This document shows positions 13,350-26,879 of a stretch of DNA of 64,000 bases, in pieces. The DNA comes from Trichoplax sp. H2 (taxonomy: Eukaryota): NCBI GenBank assembly GCA_003344405.1, contig NOWV01000129.1, positions 1-64,000 of the forward strand, written 5' to 3'. The notes under the pieces are model-generated. The model did no database searches, was not told where the DNA came from, and saw only the letters and a program-made list of their open reading frames with translations. A program made the translations under genes and the position numbers. Numbering within the stretch: position 1 is the stretch's first letter; each line of letters starts with the position of its first letter.

Positions 13350-16300
13350 ATGGGTTTCGTTGGTTGTCTCCGTGTTATTTTCTATATCTTTACCCTCATT
13401 TTTGTGGTAAGTTCTTCACTTTCAATGCTAATACACCAATGAATGATAGGTTGAAAAATAGACTGACTCGAGTTGTCCCCATTCCACTCGGGTACACTAC
13501 TCGACTGTCCATTGGGCAATGACATGGGATGGGATCAAAAATTTTCCCTACAAGTAAAAAAATGTTCTATGATTTGAGTACCTTACTTGCATTCATGAAA
13601 TGCCATGGCGTATACTTTGTAGTACAGTAGAGTGGATAAATGATGCTGGGTTAAGACTGATTTGTGACTTCATGAACAAATAGCTTGCCTACTAGTCATG
13701 GATAGCAACAGGGACTAGACGTTCGTTGTCTAGCGAAAGTAAGTAGAAAAAAAAGGGTACGGCAAGAGTTGACTTCTTTCCAACTGCAACAATCAAAGTA
13801 CTTGAAAAATGATACTGATACCAATATGCACGTTAATATACAATGACTGGTAGTGATGCTGTTTGACTTCTTGCTAAACCTTATTAGGTAGCCTCGATGT
13901 CAATGCAATAGGTTATTAGTGTAGTAAACCCATTTTACCCGCCTTTCACCATCGATTCCGTTAATACTCTACAGTGGACACAGCATACTATCAACGTACA
14001 GTATGTGCGCCATGAACAGCTACAAATTACTACTATACTCATAATGGCCAGTAGTCCGTACCTCACCACCAACAAGTCTTTTGCTACATCCTTCCCATAG
14101 TGGATTGAAATCGCTTGACTTATTAGAATTGCCCCTTCAAGACGTCCCAGCAATCGAGTCAGAGATACAACAAACATCAATGGGCATACTCGCTCTTGAT
14201 TAAGATATCAACTATGCATCGACGCCCCGTATCCATATGCATACTATATTATGAATGCATACAGTCTATTTGCCAACGCGCAAAAGGCGCTGTCTTCATT
14301 TTAGTAAGTCTCAATGGAGTCTTGGACCAATCTGAGACTGCCTTCTACTGCCTTTGACACTGTTTTAGGACGTACTATTCTATCAAGAAAAATAGAGACC
14401 AGGATAGAACAACAAATTGATCCAAAAATGCTCATCCAATAGTGATTATTAATTTTGGAGAATCTACTATAAAGACTTTACTTTTTTTTATAAATTCATT
14501 GAGTGTGAAGCAAATTTCTCCATACAACTGCTACAACTACTCGGCAGACAGATACAGTGCATGTATCGATCGATACGTCGAGAAAAGTTTTCAACTTGGT
14601 GAGATAGACAATATCCCTATTTGCAGTACATCCATTAGCGTTGTTTTTGAAGTGCGACCCCTTATCCGCAGTGACATTGACTTTTGAATTCGAATTATCA
14701 GGGATAAAATGGATGCTCTTATTAAATTAAACACGGTGTTATTTCATTGAACGTAACAAAAAATCCATGTTGAAAGTCAGCCATCATATTCGAGTACAAC
14801 AGATATATTTCGTTCTGCGAGTGGTAGGCTATCGGGCCTTCTTTCTGTACTATACAAGTCACTTGCAGTAAACCAGTATCGGAACGGTTGGCAAAAAAAA
14901 AAGTCGCTACGCCTACAGAACTTCGTTTCGATCCGATTGTAAAAGTAGTGAAACTGGGTGTTTCACCAGAACATTAAAACATGTTATTTTCCGGATTTTA
15001 TATTGTATACCAAAAAATTCCCTAGTGGACATTAATTCGCCCATTCTGATGTATTATACCTGCACAGTATTATACTTTACAATTAGTTGGATATGTAGAG
15101 TTACCTACTGCGACAAAAGTCGAACAATGGTGATACAGATTACTGTTCCTGTACAACACATTACAGCTTTTTGACAACATAAAATGATCAAATTGTATCG
15201 AGTTGTAGCTTGTGACAGATACTGTAGTGGCCTAAGTAAGTAGGTAGAATTCAAATTGAAATTGAATGATAGGCAAATGTGTTAATACGCTATCAGGTTT
15301 ATACTTTGCAGTTATTGCATTGTATTAATGATTTAGACTCGTGTATAATCTTATGGAATAGATCAATGCTGTCGATGTTAGTAGATGGAATGAACCTTAT
15401 TCATGCTTGAGCTCAAAATTAGGTAGTGATCCAACTACGTCCGTTGGACAATATGTATTAAGAAACGCAGAATTGATATGTTGTAGTTATCGAAAATGAG
15501 ATTTGATTTATATAAATATTAGCAACTTGGATCTGAGCTAGTGAGCAAAAGTGGGTGCTCTACTTGCTTCCGATCGTACATTCGCTAAAGCAAATGGATC
15601 AGGTTTGCCGAATTGGAGATAGGGTAATAAGTAACTCGGTCTGTTTTACCAGAAAAGGCGGCATCCCTATTTGCTATGTTTACAGTATCTAGCAAGACAC
15701 AGTACTGTGAAATAACTTGAAAGCATGCGATGACTTTAGCTTAGCTTGATGGTCTTACTTCAATGAAATTTCTGTATTAGCATACGAGTATGAGCAGTAT
15801 TGGATATGTCATTTTTGTAGTACGTCACTATAATTTCAATGCTATTCCAAACTCATCTCTTTTTAATACTGTGTACTGGGTGGTTGTCATCCATGACTAA
15901 ACACGAGTTTGATTGACACATTTCTAGAATGCTCATCAATGTAACTACATCATACTCAATTTCTAATTCATATTACCGCCTATTTTTACTGTAATCCCCA
16001 TACTGTTCTTTCATAAAAATGCTAATCTGCAAGATATCACGTAAATGCATTAGCATTATTACTAGCAACTGTTGACGTTGAATGCTTGCAATAGGCTTAA
16101 TGACTAATAATAAAGCGGTAGCTACCAATCAATGACGATACTCTACTATAATAAAGTTTTGATAATGCCCGGCTGTGTGTTAACATTATTCGAATAAAGA
16201 TTTTGTCACAAACTTTCAATCATGGTTATGTTCTCTCACTATATGAAAGAGTGCGATTTTGGCAAAAACAGTCATTACCACCGCGTTGCGCTCTTCTAGG

Positions 16301-19090
16301 CAACAGAATAGTAATCTTTATACCCCAAAATTAAGCAGTTTTTGCCTACTTGAATAAAATGGTACAATGCATTGGATGTCGTTGATTTCCAATCTAGTAT
16401 TACCGCACCCAAAATTTTTTCTATGCCAAGTTTTATTAATGAGATTTGAGTTAACAATAGAAATCGTCTACTGTCCAATCAAATTGGGCTCGTCTCTAGG
16501 GTGGAAGAACAAAAGTAAATAGTTCCACCCATACATGTTTATCCTTCTCCACTTGCATTATACTCTACTGTACTTATATACTGTAGTGATATTGCAGTCA
16601 GAGACTTGTCTTTAAAAAGAGTCCCTATCCTTATATATATATAAACATATATAGTATATATAGAAAGAGAGAGTATATGTTGCTATATATATATCACTTA
16701 CGTATAGGATAGCGATGGATATTGGGTGGAAAAACATTTCAAGGCCGACACCCATCGTGTGCGGTATGCCCAGTTGTCGGCGATACTGTCTCGTTTTTTA
16801 AGTTATTGAATTAACGCAAGTAGTTATGGTTACTACTGTACATATCATACCACACTAAGTTGATTCCTTGGCGCGATAATGATCTCCAGTATACTGTAGT
16901 TATAATGTAATTCTTATTTATTTATGAAAAAACTTTCATGCAATACGAAAATTTCTGCGGGTATTTATGATTTTTTACGCTGCACTGATTGGATGATTTA
17001 TTGTAGTACTGTACACTATACGTTACTAAATGGAGTGTGTGTATGAATTTTGTTATTGTGCGCTCCTCTGAATTTTGGATAAAATATGATAGACATGTTT
17101 GGACTATCTTTTACTACTTCATACCAGTGAATAGCTTTCAGGACGTTTCATACTACCTGATTGGAAAGTTTATTACAGTATCTTATTAGTAAAGATGGAG
17201 TGTGCATACAGTCAGCGTGTTGTTAACTCTATATATCATACACCTACTTGAATTTTGGGGTAAACTATGGTTGGCATGTTGGGACTGTGTTAACTACCGT
17301 CATATTGTATATTTACGCACAAGAAGTTGATAGGCTGATGATCCTATGCTGTCTAGCCTACGCCACAGCAGCAACGTAGATAATCGTACTCCTCGTGTTG
17401 TTAATTACCAAAAGAGAATTGGAATGTACTGTATATCCTCGATATTAGACTGAAATTGTAACAGTTTCGTAACTGTACAGTGTACACTGTACTGTACAGT
17501 ACATGTCCATGTAAGTAAATCACTCATCATTATTTATGCAGTTCGATCAATTCTCGTATGTTCCTATAGAAAGAAATCGAATTCGCTTTACTATTATAAA
17601 TAAATTTCCGAATACGTCCCTAGACATAAATGATTTAAAGTAACTGCAAATTTATTGTTTTATGCCTTTTATTCCTATCACTAATCAACTTATAAATATT
17701 GTATAGGCTATGGGCATAGCCCTATTAGCTATGGGTATAATCATCAGGGTAAACAGTGATCTAATTGGTGTCGTAGCGGATAACTCTTGGTTTACCGCAG
17801 CCTATATTATGATAGCGGCAGGTGTGTTCATATTTCTAGTTGCCCTTGTTGGTTTCTGTGGTGCTAGGAATTCTAACAAGTGCATGCTCGGAATTGTAAG
17901 TTAATAAAATTATTGCTTTAGTCAATGTGTTGATAATTAATTAATGATAGTATTAAAAATGTCACTATTCATTTGGACTCTTTTATTGCATTCTACTCAT
18001 GTAGTACCTTGGAGTCCTAGTTGTTATTTTCATCCTTGAAATCGCTGGTGCTATCTACGGTGCTGTTAACCGAGTTGCGGTAATTTAATAACTATTACTG
18101 ATAATATAAGTTATCATTACATCTTGCTATGATTAAGTGATGTAGTAGTTGGAAGCTGCATGTATAGATACTATAAATACACATATGCTAACATTTTCTA
18201 ATTGCAACTAGTTAGGTAATTTATAGCCTTCGCATAACATGAAGTTTATATAGAGAAATAATAGGTCTTGAATTAATATTCTTTTTATTTGTAGATTGAA
18301 GAAGCGGCCAAGGCAAAAATGACCACTGAAGTACAAATTAGATATGGTCAAGCTAATCAAGGCGTCATCACAGATGGATTTAACAAACTGCAAACTACAG
18401 TATGATCTAATTTTGATAGTGTTTAGCATACCTTTGCTCCTAAATTTTTTATTGTCAATTATTATTATTGAACGACTTATATTGAATTGTCTTAAAAATT
18501 TAGTTTCAATGTTGCGGTGTCAACACCACCACAGATTGGTATAGTAGTGCATGGATAAGTGGCAAGCCCAGTTTTCCGTATGGACCTGCAGTTCCTGATA
18601 GCTGCTGCCGAACCTCTACGTTACTTTGTGGAGTCAATTCTACTGCTCATGCTAACGCTGTGATATTTAATGCTACATATTACAGCATTGTACGTAACGA
18701 ACAATTGATTATGCCATTAGAACTATGATGAAAATTGAATATTTCTAGTCTTTTTAAAAAATATGTAAAACGTTGTATTAACGGTATATACCGAGTACGT
18801 GAGCTAGCTCATTTTTGATGACTTTATGCAATTGATACATACAGGGATGCTACCAGGCTGTTAGGAACTCCATTACGAACAACCTTGGTTTAGCTATCGG
18901 TGTTCTTGGAGGATTTGCTGGTGTACAGGTTTGTCTTGACATGTTCATATTTGCATTTAAATCTATCTAATTTACATGTCATTAATTTTATAAATTTTAG
19001 TATTTATTAAACTTGTTACTTTTCTATAAACAGGTATTAGGAATGATTCTTGCTGGAGTATTGATTGCTAAAGCAGATGAAGAAGAATAA
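13350..19090 (+). CDS. Tetraspanin B (6-Cys EC2), ~250 aa
   Basis: Exons 13350-13406 (MGFVGCLRVIFYIFTLIFV|gtaagt), 17707-17895, 18005-18079, 18295-18399, 18504-18689 (FQCCG..VPDSCC..LCG), 18845-18928 (GCY), 19034-19090 (..AKADEEE*). Internal exon sizes 189/75/105/186/84 are identical to tetraspanin A. First intron is 4.3 kb. Confidence 0.92.
14490..14730 (+). mobile_element. Possible highly decayed hAT-type transposase C-terminal remnant in tetraspanin B intron 1
   Basis: The translation ..VEKSFQL..I....CST......LIRSDIDF* loosely resembles the hAT dimerisation motif (ERSFS..LRSTM..IH.DI.ID). Weak and judged by eye only. Confidence 0.2.
17028..17305. repeat. Degenerate two-copy local duplication
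   Basis: ATGGAGTGTG...TGAATTTTGG..AAA.TATG....CATGTT.GGACT...ACTAC.TCATA occurs at ~17030 and ~17195. Confidence 0.6.
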
Positions 19091-20826
19091 TATGCCTCTG
19101 TTTGGTGTGCATCCTCTACGTAATACAACAGAATACGTTCATGGTTTTAGTTAATATCTTGTTGGGGGCATAAATGAATTACGTGGATTGCAAAGAAATT
19201 TTTATATTAAGAGATTTCGTACCTTATAATAATTGGTGGTTGTTTTAAGTAGTGAATGATTTATCATTTTAGCTTATATTTACGATTATAGTCGTGTATA
19301 CTTGATGCCAGTGTGTTGTTAATTGTAATTTATGGCATCTTCACTTAACATCGTCTAAAAAGTTCTGGGTTCAGGCAGTTCAGGTTATAAGTTTTGCATT
19401 ATAGTAATATTCCTTCTTTTCTAGGTTTATCATATAACCTATTCCATTAAATTTTAAATATTATCCTTTGCGATTGCTATGTAGCTGTTATCGCTAACAT
19501 AGTAGGATGTTAGTATAACTGAATGCCATTTCTTATCATGACCGACTTAAATATATGTATGCCAACATCAATTAAAAGTTCGGCTTGTACTGATGCAGGT
19601 GTTAATATCAGCTAATCTCGACGAAATATTTGGTAGTTTAGACTTCAAGTTAAGGTGCGATATGGTGCTGATTCACAGTTATTTTTAATTGTAAAGTGGA
19701 TGAATGTATTCAGACAGTTAGTGACGAGAAAATAAAAGATTAATGTAGCCAGTACGTAAATATAAAGTATAATATTGATTTCTTGCAAAGTGAATGAGGT
19801 ACGCATGATAGCATTAACTATTTACAGTACTTTTTACGAATATAGGCCATCAGAATTGGATAAAATCTAAAATAGTCTATACTGATACTGAACTATTGTT
19901 ACCTTGTGTAGAACTGCAAAAAAGGGTAAGACATATTACAATTGTACCGACAGTGCTGATGGATAAAGCAAAGTTAGTAATAAGTACTTTATAAAAAGAA
20001 ATGTCTTCATCAGTAATTTTCTCTAAAATACGTAGACCTAAATTTATATAAGAATCCTATAAGGCTGGCAGTAGATATTATAGCATAAGAATGCAGACAA
20101 CCATTATAATTAAGCATATAGTACAAGTAAAGACAGCGGTATTAATATGCTTACTAATATGTCGTTATATAAAATTACCGCAATATGCTATTTTATCGTT
20201 TGCCTGTAGGCGTTAGCTCCTGTCATCAAGTCTTCAAATATTGATAACACTAATATTTAATAATTTTCGATCCTTACTAAACAACAATAGAGTTGTTAAG
20301 GTGTTGATTTTAGTCTCGATAGGAATAAAAAGTTCATCTATCGGTATTTACTCGATAAAATTGAATCGTAATAAGATAATAAGCTACCGTTATGAAGTAT
20401 ATTGCATCCTATTAATCAAGCCACCATTTACTTCAGTCAACATTGTATTATTATGAGTTAATTTATAGTATTTACGATGTTCTTATGATCACAAGTTTAA
20501 TTTTTTAACCGTTGATTGATTTTACTGTATTCTGCCTGGTTAATTTATGATATCCGTTACTGTATATATATATATTATTATGATATTGCTGCTTCCATTT
20601 ACCTTTGTCTATTTGGATGATATCTTTAGTTTTGTATTGCTCATGTACATTAGACTGGCTTATCCACAATATGATCAAATAATTATATATTTTATAGTAT
20701 AGTTACTGAAAGAGTGTTATATGAACTGTGGTAAGCAGTTAATGATTCTATTGGGAAAGAATTAGTTGCACACTATAACTTTTTAGCTATCAATCTAAGA
20801 TTGGAAATTGCTGTAATTGATTAAAG

Positions 20827-23800
20827 ATGGTTGACTGCGTTAGACTTTTATTCTATGCCTTCACTCTCCTTTTTGTGGTAAGATCATAAAATATTTTTGT
20901 AATAACATGCAGGAAATTCCAATATACTGTACGCTGATTAGTATGACACAGGCGTACGATCGTTGCTATTGCTTAAAAAAATGGTTGGAGCTAGCATGCC
21001 TGCATCTCCATGTTGAAAAGTCTACTGTAGCTTGGTAGTGTATAACAAAATTGATCACAATTATCATCATTAACATTGCCGTTATGCTTTAGTACTTCAG
21101 TAATCAATATTATAGCTTTGAGCTATAATTTTAAAATTCAGATTTCAACTCTTCGCGAACTAGCTAACCTTACGTAGTGTTGTTTTGATTGTCAAGCTGT
21201 TGATTAAAGTGATACTGAGGACAAATTGCAAATGGATAGATCTTGTTTGTAAATACGTCTTTATTTTTAAACGAGCATTAATACAGTGAGATATTATGAG
21301 GATAAAATACACTGTTAATGATGACTATGTCTGTAAATGAGAATACACCGATGATGCTATATTGCTGTGCAATTCTACTTTACTTTTTGACTTTAAGTAC
21401 ACATATCGTCTTTAATTACGCCTATGAGGATGTAAACAAATCGATTACTAATCACGTATAATTTTGTGTTGTCAATGTCTCTACAGCAAGTATTTCGTAT
21501 CGATGTAACAAATCAGTAATAAATTTTTATCCTGTAGATTATTCTAATTTTGATCGCGTTAGACAAGATCAACTATAATGTAACTACTTTGAGATGATAT
21601 AATTAATTACTAAATACAGCTGGCTAATATCCGAATGCTCCCGTACAAATTAATTATAGTAATCCTATTATTATACTAACTACTGTAAAGTCCTTGAAAA
21701 CTTAAACCATATGTTATTCAAGACTATTGCTCATGAAATGGTATTATAGAAATGTTCATAACAGCTCCTTTAACACTATAACTAAAAATATTGTAAAATG
21801 TGATATTTACTTTACAAGCAGTTCATTGAGTCTTTTAGCTATACCTTTTCTATTTATTATTTCAGACATTAATTTACGAAAAGATTCTAATGTATGCTTT
21901 GAAACCGTGATGAGGATTTAATGATAATACATAGAATAGAAAGTAATGAAGAAGATTGTGGGTTAAGGATAATATCATCTCTTTAATAGCTTTTGACACT
22001 ATAGTTTTGGATAGTACTTAGATGGTATAAGATTAGTTTATATGTTATTCTTTCAGATATTAATCTTATAGTTGAAGGGGTTCTTCGTCATACTTTCCAT
22101 TTAGATCCAGACTTTTTTCGAAATGAAACCCTATGGTTACAGTAATTGGTAATTGTTGCATAGTAAATAAATCGCTAATTGATTTATTGCCTGAAAGAAT
22201 GTGAAATTGTATTTTATACCTTCTAAAGATTTACTTTGTATCAATCTAAAAGAAAGCGTTAAGTTAATAACTTTGAAACTCCTGTTTCATTTTTAATTGC
22301 ACTCAAATATTTGCTACCTAGCTATGATGTAGTTATATTGTTATAACTGAAGCTGATGTATACTGTATTATTGCATTCTCGATGAAATGACCGTTATATC
22401 ATCAGCAATATAAAAGTCAATCCATTTCATCAATTTTACTCCAAATCTAGTTAAAAAGCACGGGCATTCCCTAGTAGATATTTATGATGTAATTTTAAGT
22501 AGCCTTATACGCCCTGCCGTATATAGTGCATAACACATACATAGATCAATTGGGTTCAGGGAATAAAAGTGCTCCTTACTGTATATATTGTATGTAGATA
22601 TAGTATACGTTTCTATATATGAATATCATTATTTTTGGATTATTTTCGTCCAAGGTCCATTGAAGAATTAGATCATCCAACAGTTCAGGAATAATGATGA
22701 ATGTATAACAAAATTTAAATTTATACACAAGTTATTATATATCACAATCCATATGACTACTTCAAAAAGGCGTGTCGCTTATAATTAACTTTTCAGCTAA
22801 GCTATTTGACATCATCATATGAACCACCTGGCCAATTTATATCGAGTGATAGGGATAAAATTAATTTACTTATGATACTTTATTATGGATGGAGTTATAT
22901 GAAATAAATAAAGTATGGCTATACCTCTTTTTTGTTTAGTTATTCATTTTATCCAAGACTATTCAGGCAAAATTAAAAAAAAGCAAGCTAATTAGTCATC
23001 GACAGAAAGAATTGAATGATTACCATTAACTTATTTTTTTACGTACTTTAATCCGATACATTAAGGCCAATTAATTGATATTAGTTGACCACAGCGGCGT
23101 TTATGAATTTCAATTAAATCCATAGTTATGATCTTGATTTCCATTTTGCTAAATGTAAAGTGTAAAATCTTCAACATGATTGAACTCCAGAGCCAATTGT
23201 AGCACTTGAAAAGTTTTTTACGAGAATTTGATTAATTATGTTTATCCTGCTATTAAATTGAGCTAGAACACGATGCTTGTAATATTGCTTTTTACCATCT
23301 TGTTTATGATACAGTACTAAAAAACTGAGCCCAATAAAATTGTTTAATAAGGAGTAGATCTGAGGCATGTTTCTACTTTAATTTAGACGCTTAACTCTTG
23401 CTATTTGCTGCGTGATTCCTAAATCACCACAGTATAAAGATAAAAATGATTAAATTAAAAAATAGTTTGCTTGTTTAAAGCTCAATCATTGGAGAATACT
23501 CCCATTTAGTCTAAACTGATCGCTAATGTAGTAATTTCTGACATTTTGACTTTAAATTCGGAGACAGAATGATAATTATTCGCTGAATCTTTCAAGATTT
23601 TATATTCAAAGTAAATTAAGAATTGGATTGAAAAGTCGATCAGAGTTAATATTTCATACTAATCGATAACCAATTTACCTGATCATTGGAAGAGAGCAGT
23701 TCTCCCTAATTTATAATAGCTATAACCATAGTTTAATTCCTTATAGAGAATTTTTATGTCGAATACCCGGTATTATACTTCTAATATTAAAATTAACTAT

Positions 23801-24840
23801 ATTCTGGTACTTGTTATGATTGAATTATTAGTATGTGATTTCGATATTACATTGCCTAATCATTGCAACACCGTTAATTTATAACTATAAATAGCCATTT
23901 ATCCAATTTTATCTATTATTTTATCACCCTATTCTGCTAATACGACGCCAAATAAATCGACAACTTGGCAGTAATCTGTAATGTAATCGGTTAAAGGTCG
24001 CAAAATATTACATGGCCTAATCGTAGCGGCACTGTTAATTTCTAAATAAACGCTAAATAGATATCGGTATTTATCCAATGTTCTCTATCAATTTATCACT
24101 CTATTCTACTAATATTGAGTTGAATAATTGAATTAGGCAATGGGTATCTATTCGTTGTTAATGGAAATTGTAATCAGGCCCAATGGAAATATAATTAGTG
24201 TTATGGCTGATGATTCTTGGTTTACAGCAGCATATGTCATGATTGCTGTAGGTGTCTTTATATTGTTGATTTCTATGATCGGATTTTATGGAGCTAGGAA
24301 ATCCAGCAAGTAAATGCTTGGTATTGTAAGTAGTTGCTAACTTTAATTTGCAATTCATATCATAGCCCATCATGGATATCCTAGAAATGGATAATAGTAT
24401 ATTCATTGGCTAATAGTGGTGATTAAATTGTTCTCTAGTGATATAATTTGCTATTAAATATTGATAACACTAGAATCTATACTCTTTACGAGGTTCAAAT
24501 TGAATTTCTTGTTACAAAAGTATACGTCTTACGTCAGAAATCTTTGATCTATCAAATAATTGCGACTGAATTGTCCTTATTCTATTTTGTACTTTTTAGT
24601 ATTTGACAGTTGCTATCATTATTTTCATCTTGCAAATTGTTGGTGCAATTTACGCTGGAGTGAATCGAGAGAGTGTAAGTGGAAATAATTGAAAAATTAT
24701 TTCAAACGCTGTACAACTATTTAAAGTATTCGTCATCTGGAGAGATGATATTTTTCAATGTTTGTTCTTATACTTAAAATATTAGATCCTCCTCGCTATT
24801 CGAACTAGAATGACAAGCATTTTACAAACTCAATATGGCA
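20827..24840 (+). pseudogene. Tetraspanin C pseudogene, closest to tetraspanin B
   Basis: Exon 1 20827-20877 (MVDCVRLLFYAFTLLFV|gtaag). Exon 2 24137-24325 (189 nt) has in-frame TAA at 24311-24313 where paralogues have Cys (K*MLGI vs KCMLGI), and GFCG has become GFYG. Exon 3 24600-24674 is intact. Exon 4 starts at 24786 and loses homology after ..QTQYG at ~24840. I found no CCG, GC or TM4 exons before the next gene. Confidence 0.9.
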
Positions 24841-25280
24841 AGAGATTGCATGATTACAAATGCACAAGAAATGAAACTATACAGGCTTAAATATTCGAAG
24901 AGGAATATTACTTTGATATAATATCAAGCTTAGAAATTGTCTCAATTAGCAACACTATATCTAGATCGTAGCTATTGGACTAAATGACTGGTATTCACTT
25001 GTACCCAGTTTGCTCTTGCACCTTGAGCAGCTGTAAAGTAGCCGAACTATGTCTTTAGTTCGCACGATAGTGCCAATAAAAATAGGTTGTAGCTAGCTTG
25101 TATTCTATATGCTACAGGTAATGGCTCTACGATGTCGTCGCTATTATGATTCAAAATGAATAACAGTAACTCTTCGAGTGTAGAATTAATAGAGATTGCA
25201 CCAATAAAAATATACAAAAAATGAAATTCTATACGCTAGGATATTCGAAGAGGAATATTTTACTAATATATAGTAACGTG
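24841..25280. repeat. ~80-90 bp direct repeat pair spaced 350 bp apart
   Basis: AGAGATTGCA...AAATGAAA...ATATTCGAAGAGGAATATT begins at 24841 and again at 25191. Confidence 0.75.
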
Positions 25281-25431
25281 GAATCTACGTTATTTATTGC
25301 GATAATTTCCTTTAGGATAGTAGAAATTATAAGAGTCGCGCAAAATTGAATCTTATAGTCGTATTTGCAGTAATCTTAGATGGTATTTCAGATCAGGAGC
25401 AATTTTATCATTTCCCTTTTATATTAAGCTG

Positions 25432-25718
25432 CTAAAAATGTGAAAAATATGACTTTATGATAACATTGGGTCTACTGTATTACATTTTTCCTAGCGATAG
25501 GCTCATGAAATAGATCGAACACTAAAAAATGTGGAGAATGTGACTTTGTGGCGAGATTGGGTCTACTATACTACATTTTCTTAGCGATAGGCTTATAAAA
25601 TAGATCAAACACTGAAAAATCTGAAGAAGATGATTTTATGATGAGCTTAAGTCTACTAGAGTATATTACATTTTTCCTAGTAATAGGCTCATAAAATAGA
25701 GCAAATACTGAAAAATTG
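25432..25718. repeat. Tandem repeat, 3 copies of ~91-95 bp
   Basis: CT.AAAAATGTG.A.AAT.TGACTTT.TG...GGTCTACT...TACATTTT.C.TAGCGATAGGCTCAT.AAATAGA.C.AACA occurs three times. Confidence 0.9.
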
Positions 25719-26879
25719 ATTTCATATTCAGAGTTATAATAAGTTAAAAATAGAGTTTATGGCATGAGTACGTTTTAATTCTAAAAATTGTAATTTGAAG
25801 ATTAATAATACTACATTTGTACCATATAATTAAGTAGCCTAAGGTACCGCCGGTACTTTAGGTCAATTTATCATACTCGTACATTACTAGTAATTTATGA
25901 GCCTATTAAGGGACTCAATAAGAATAGGATCCATAATCTATACATAGGCTATAGGGTACCTTTATGAATCTTTCTTTTTTTTAAGCTGCAAAGAAAGCTA
26001 AAAATGCTGGAATTGGATTAGCCCGTATTAACCTATATAACCTTTTCCAATGGCCAAAACAGCTGCTTATGGATGTATATATATATATATCTGACAATAT
26101 AGATCTTGAAGAAATTTTATCTTATAGTATTTTACTGCTTTGCGGTTTATCATCTAAAAGCTACGAAAAAATGCTATAAATATGAATTGAAACAATTGTA
26201 AAATAGCTTGATTAATTGATGAGGAATAAAAGAAACCAATATAGGTATTAAATGGCTAATTTGCTTACAATATGCCTTTTTCGTTAGTGTTGACCTTGTC
26301 AGCTGTATTTCATCATTTTTGCACCATCAGTCATCAAATCCTTTACCTAAATGTGAGCATAGGAATCATTACGCGATTGCTAGATTATGAGCTAAATATA
26401 CTTTTGAAATTGTAATATGGTATAACCATCTAGCAGGCTAAAAGCTACCCATATTCTTCACATCATGTATTTTATTCATAATAATGAAGAAATACAAGTT
26501 ATCCATGAATAAATATCAGGACTACACCTCACATTAATCTTATTTTTTCTTCTAGCACTAACTTCATTGGTGATTAAGCCTAATCTGATTGCGGGACTTT
26601 CCATTGAATTAATTTCTTGATCATCCAATAGATTAGAGCAGTAAGAATAGCATCTCAGCATGACAGTAAATTATGTTCTAATGCATATGATTAACGGTTA
26701 GAAAGTACTATACAAGTTATATGACGCACTAGAAAGCTTATCAAAATTCAATTCCTCTGCGGTGACTCTTACGCCGATCCTATTTCTACACGTATTCAAT
26801 GTTAAAAGGAACGCTCTAATCTTTTCAATTTTATAACTTTGCCATAGCAGTTTGAAAAGTGGTCAGAAAGTCAATAAAC

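Noticed and set aside
24868..24885. NETI-like sequence suggesting an exon 4 to exon 5 deletion fusion in pseudogene C
   Set aside because: The segment belongs to the direct repeat also present at 25191-25260, so the resemblance to tetraspanin exon 5 is probably coincidental.
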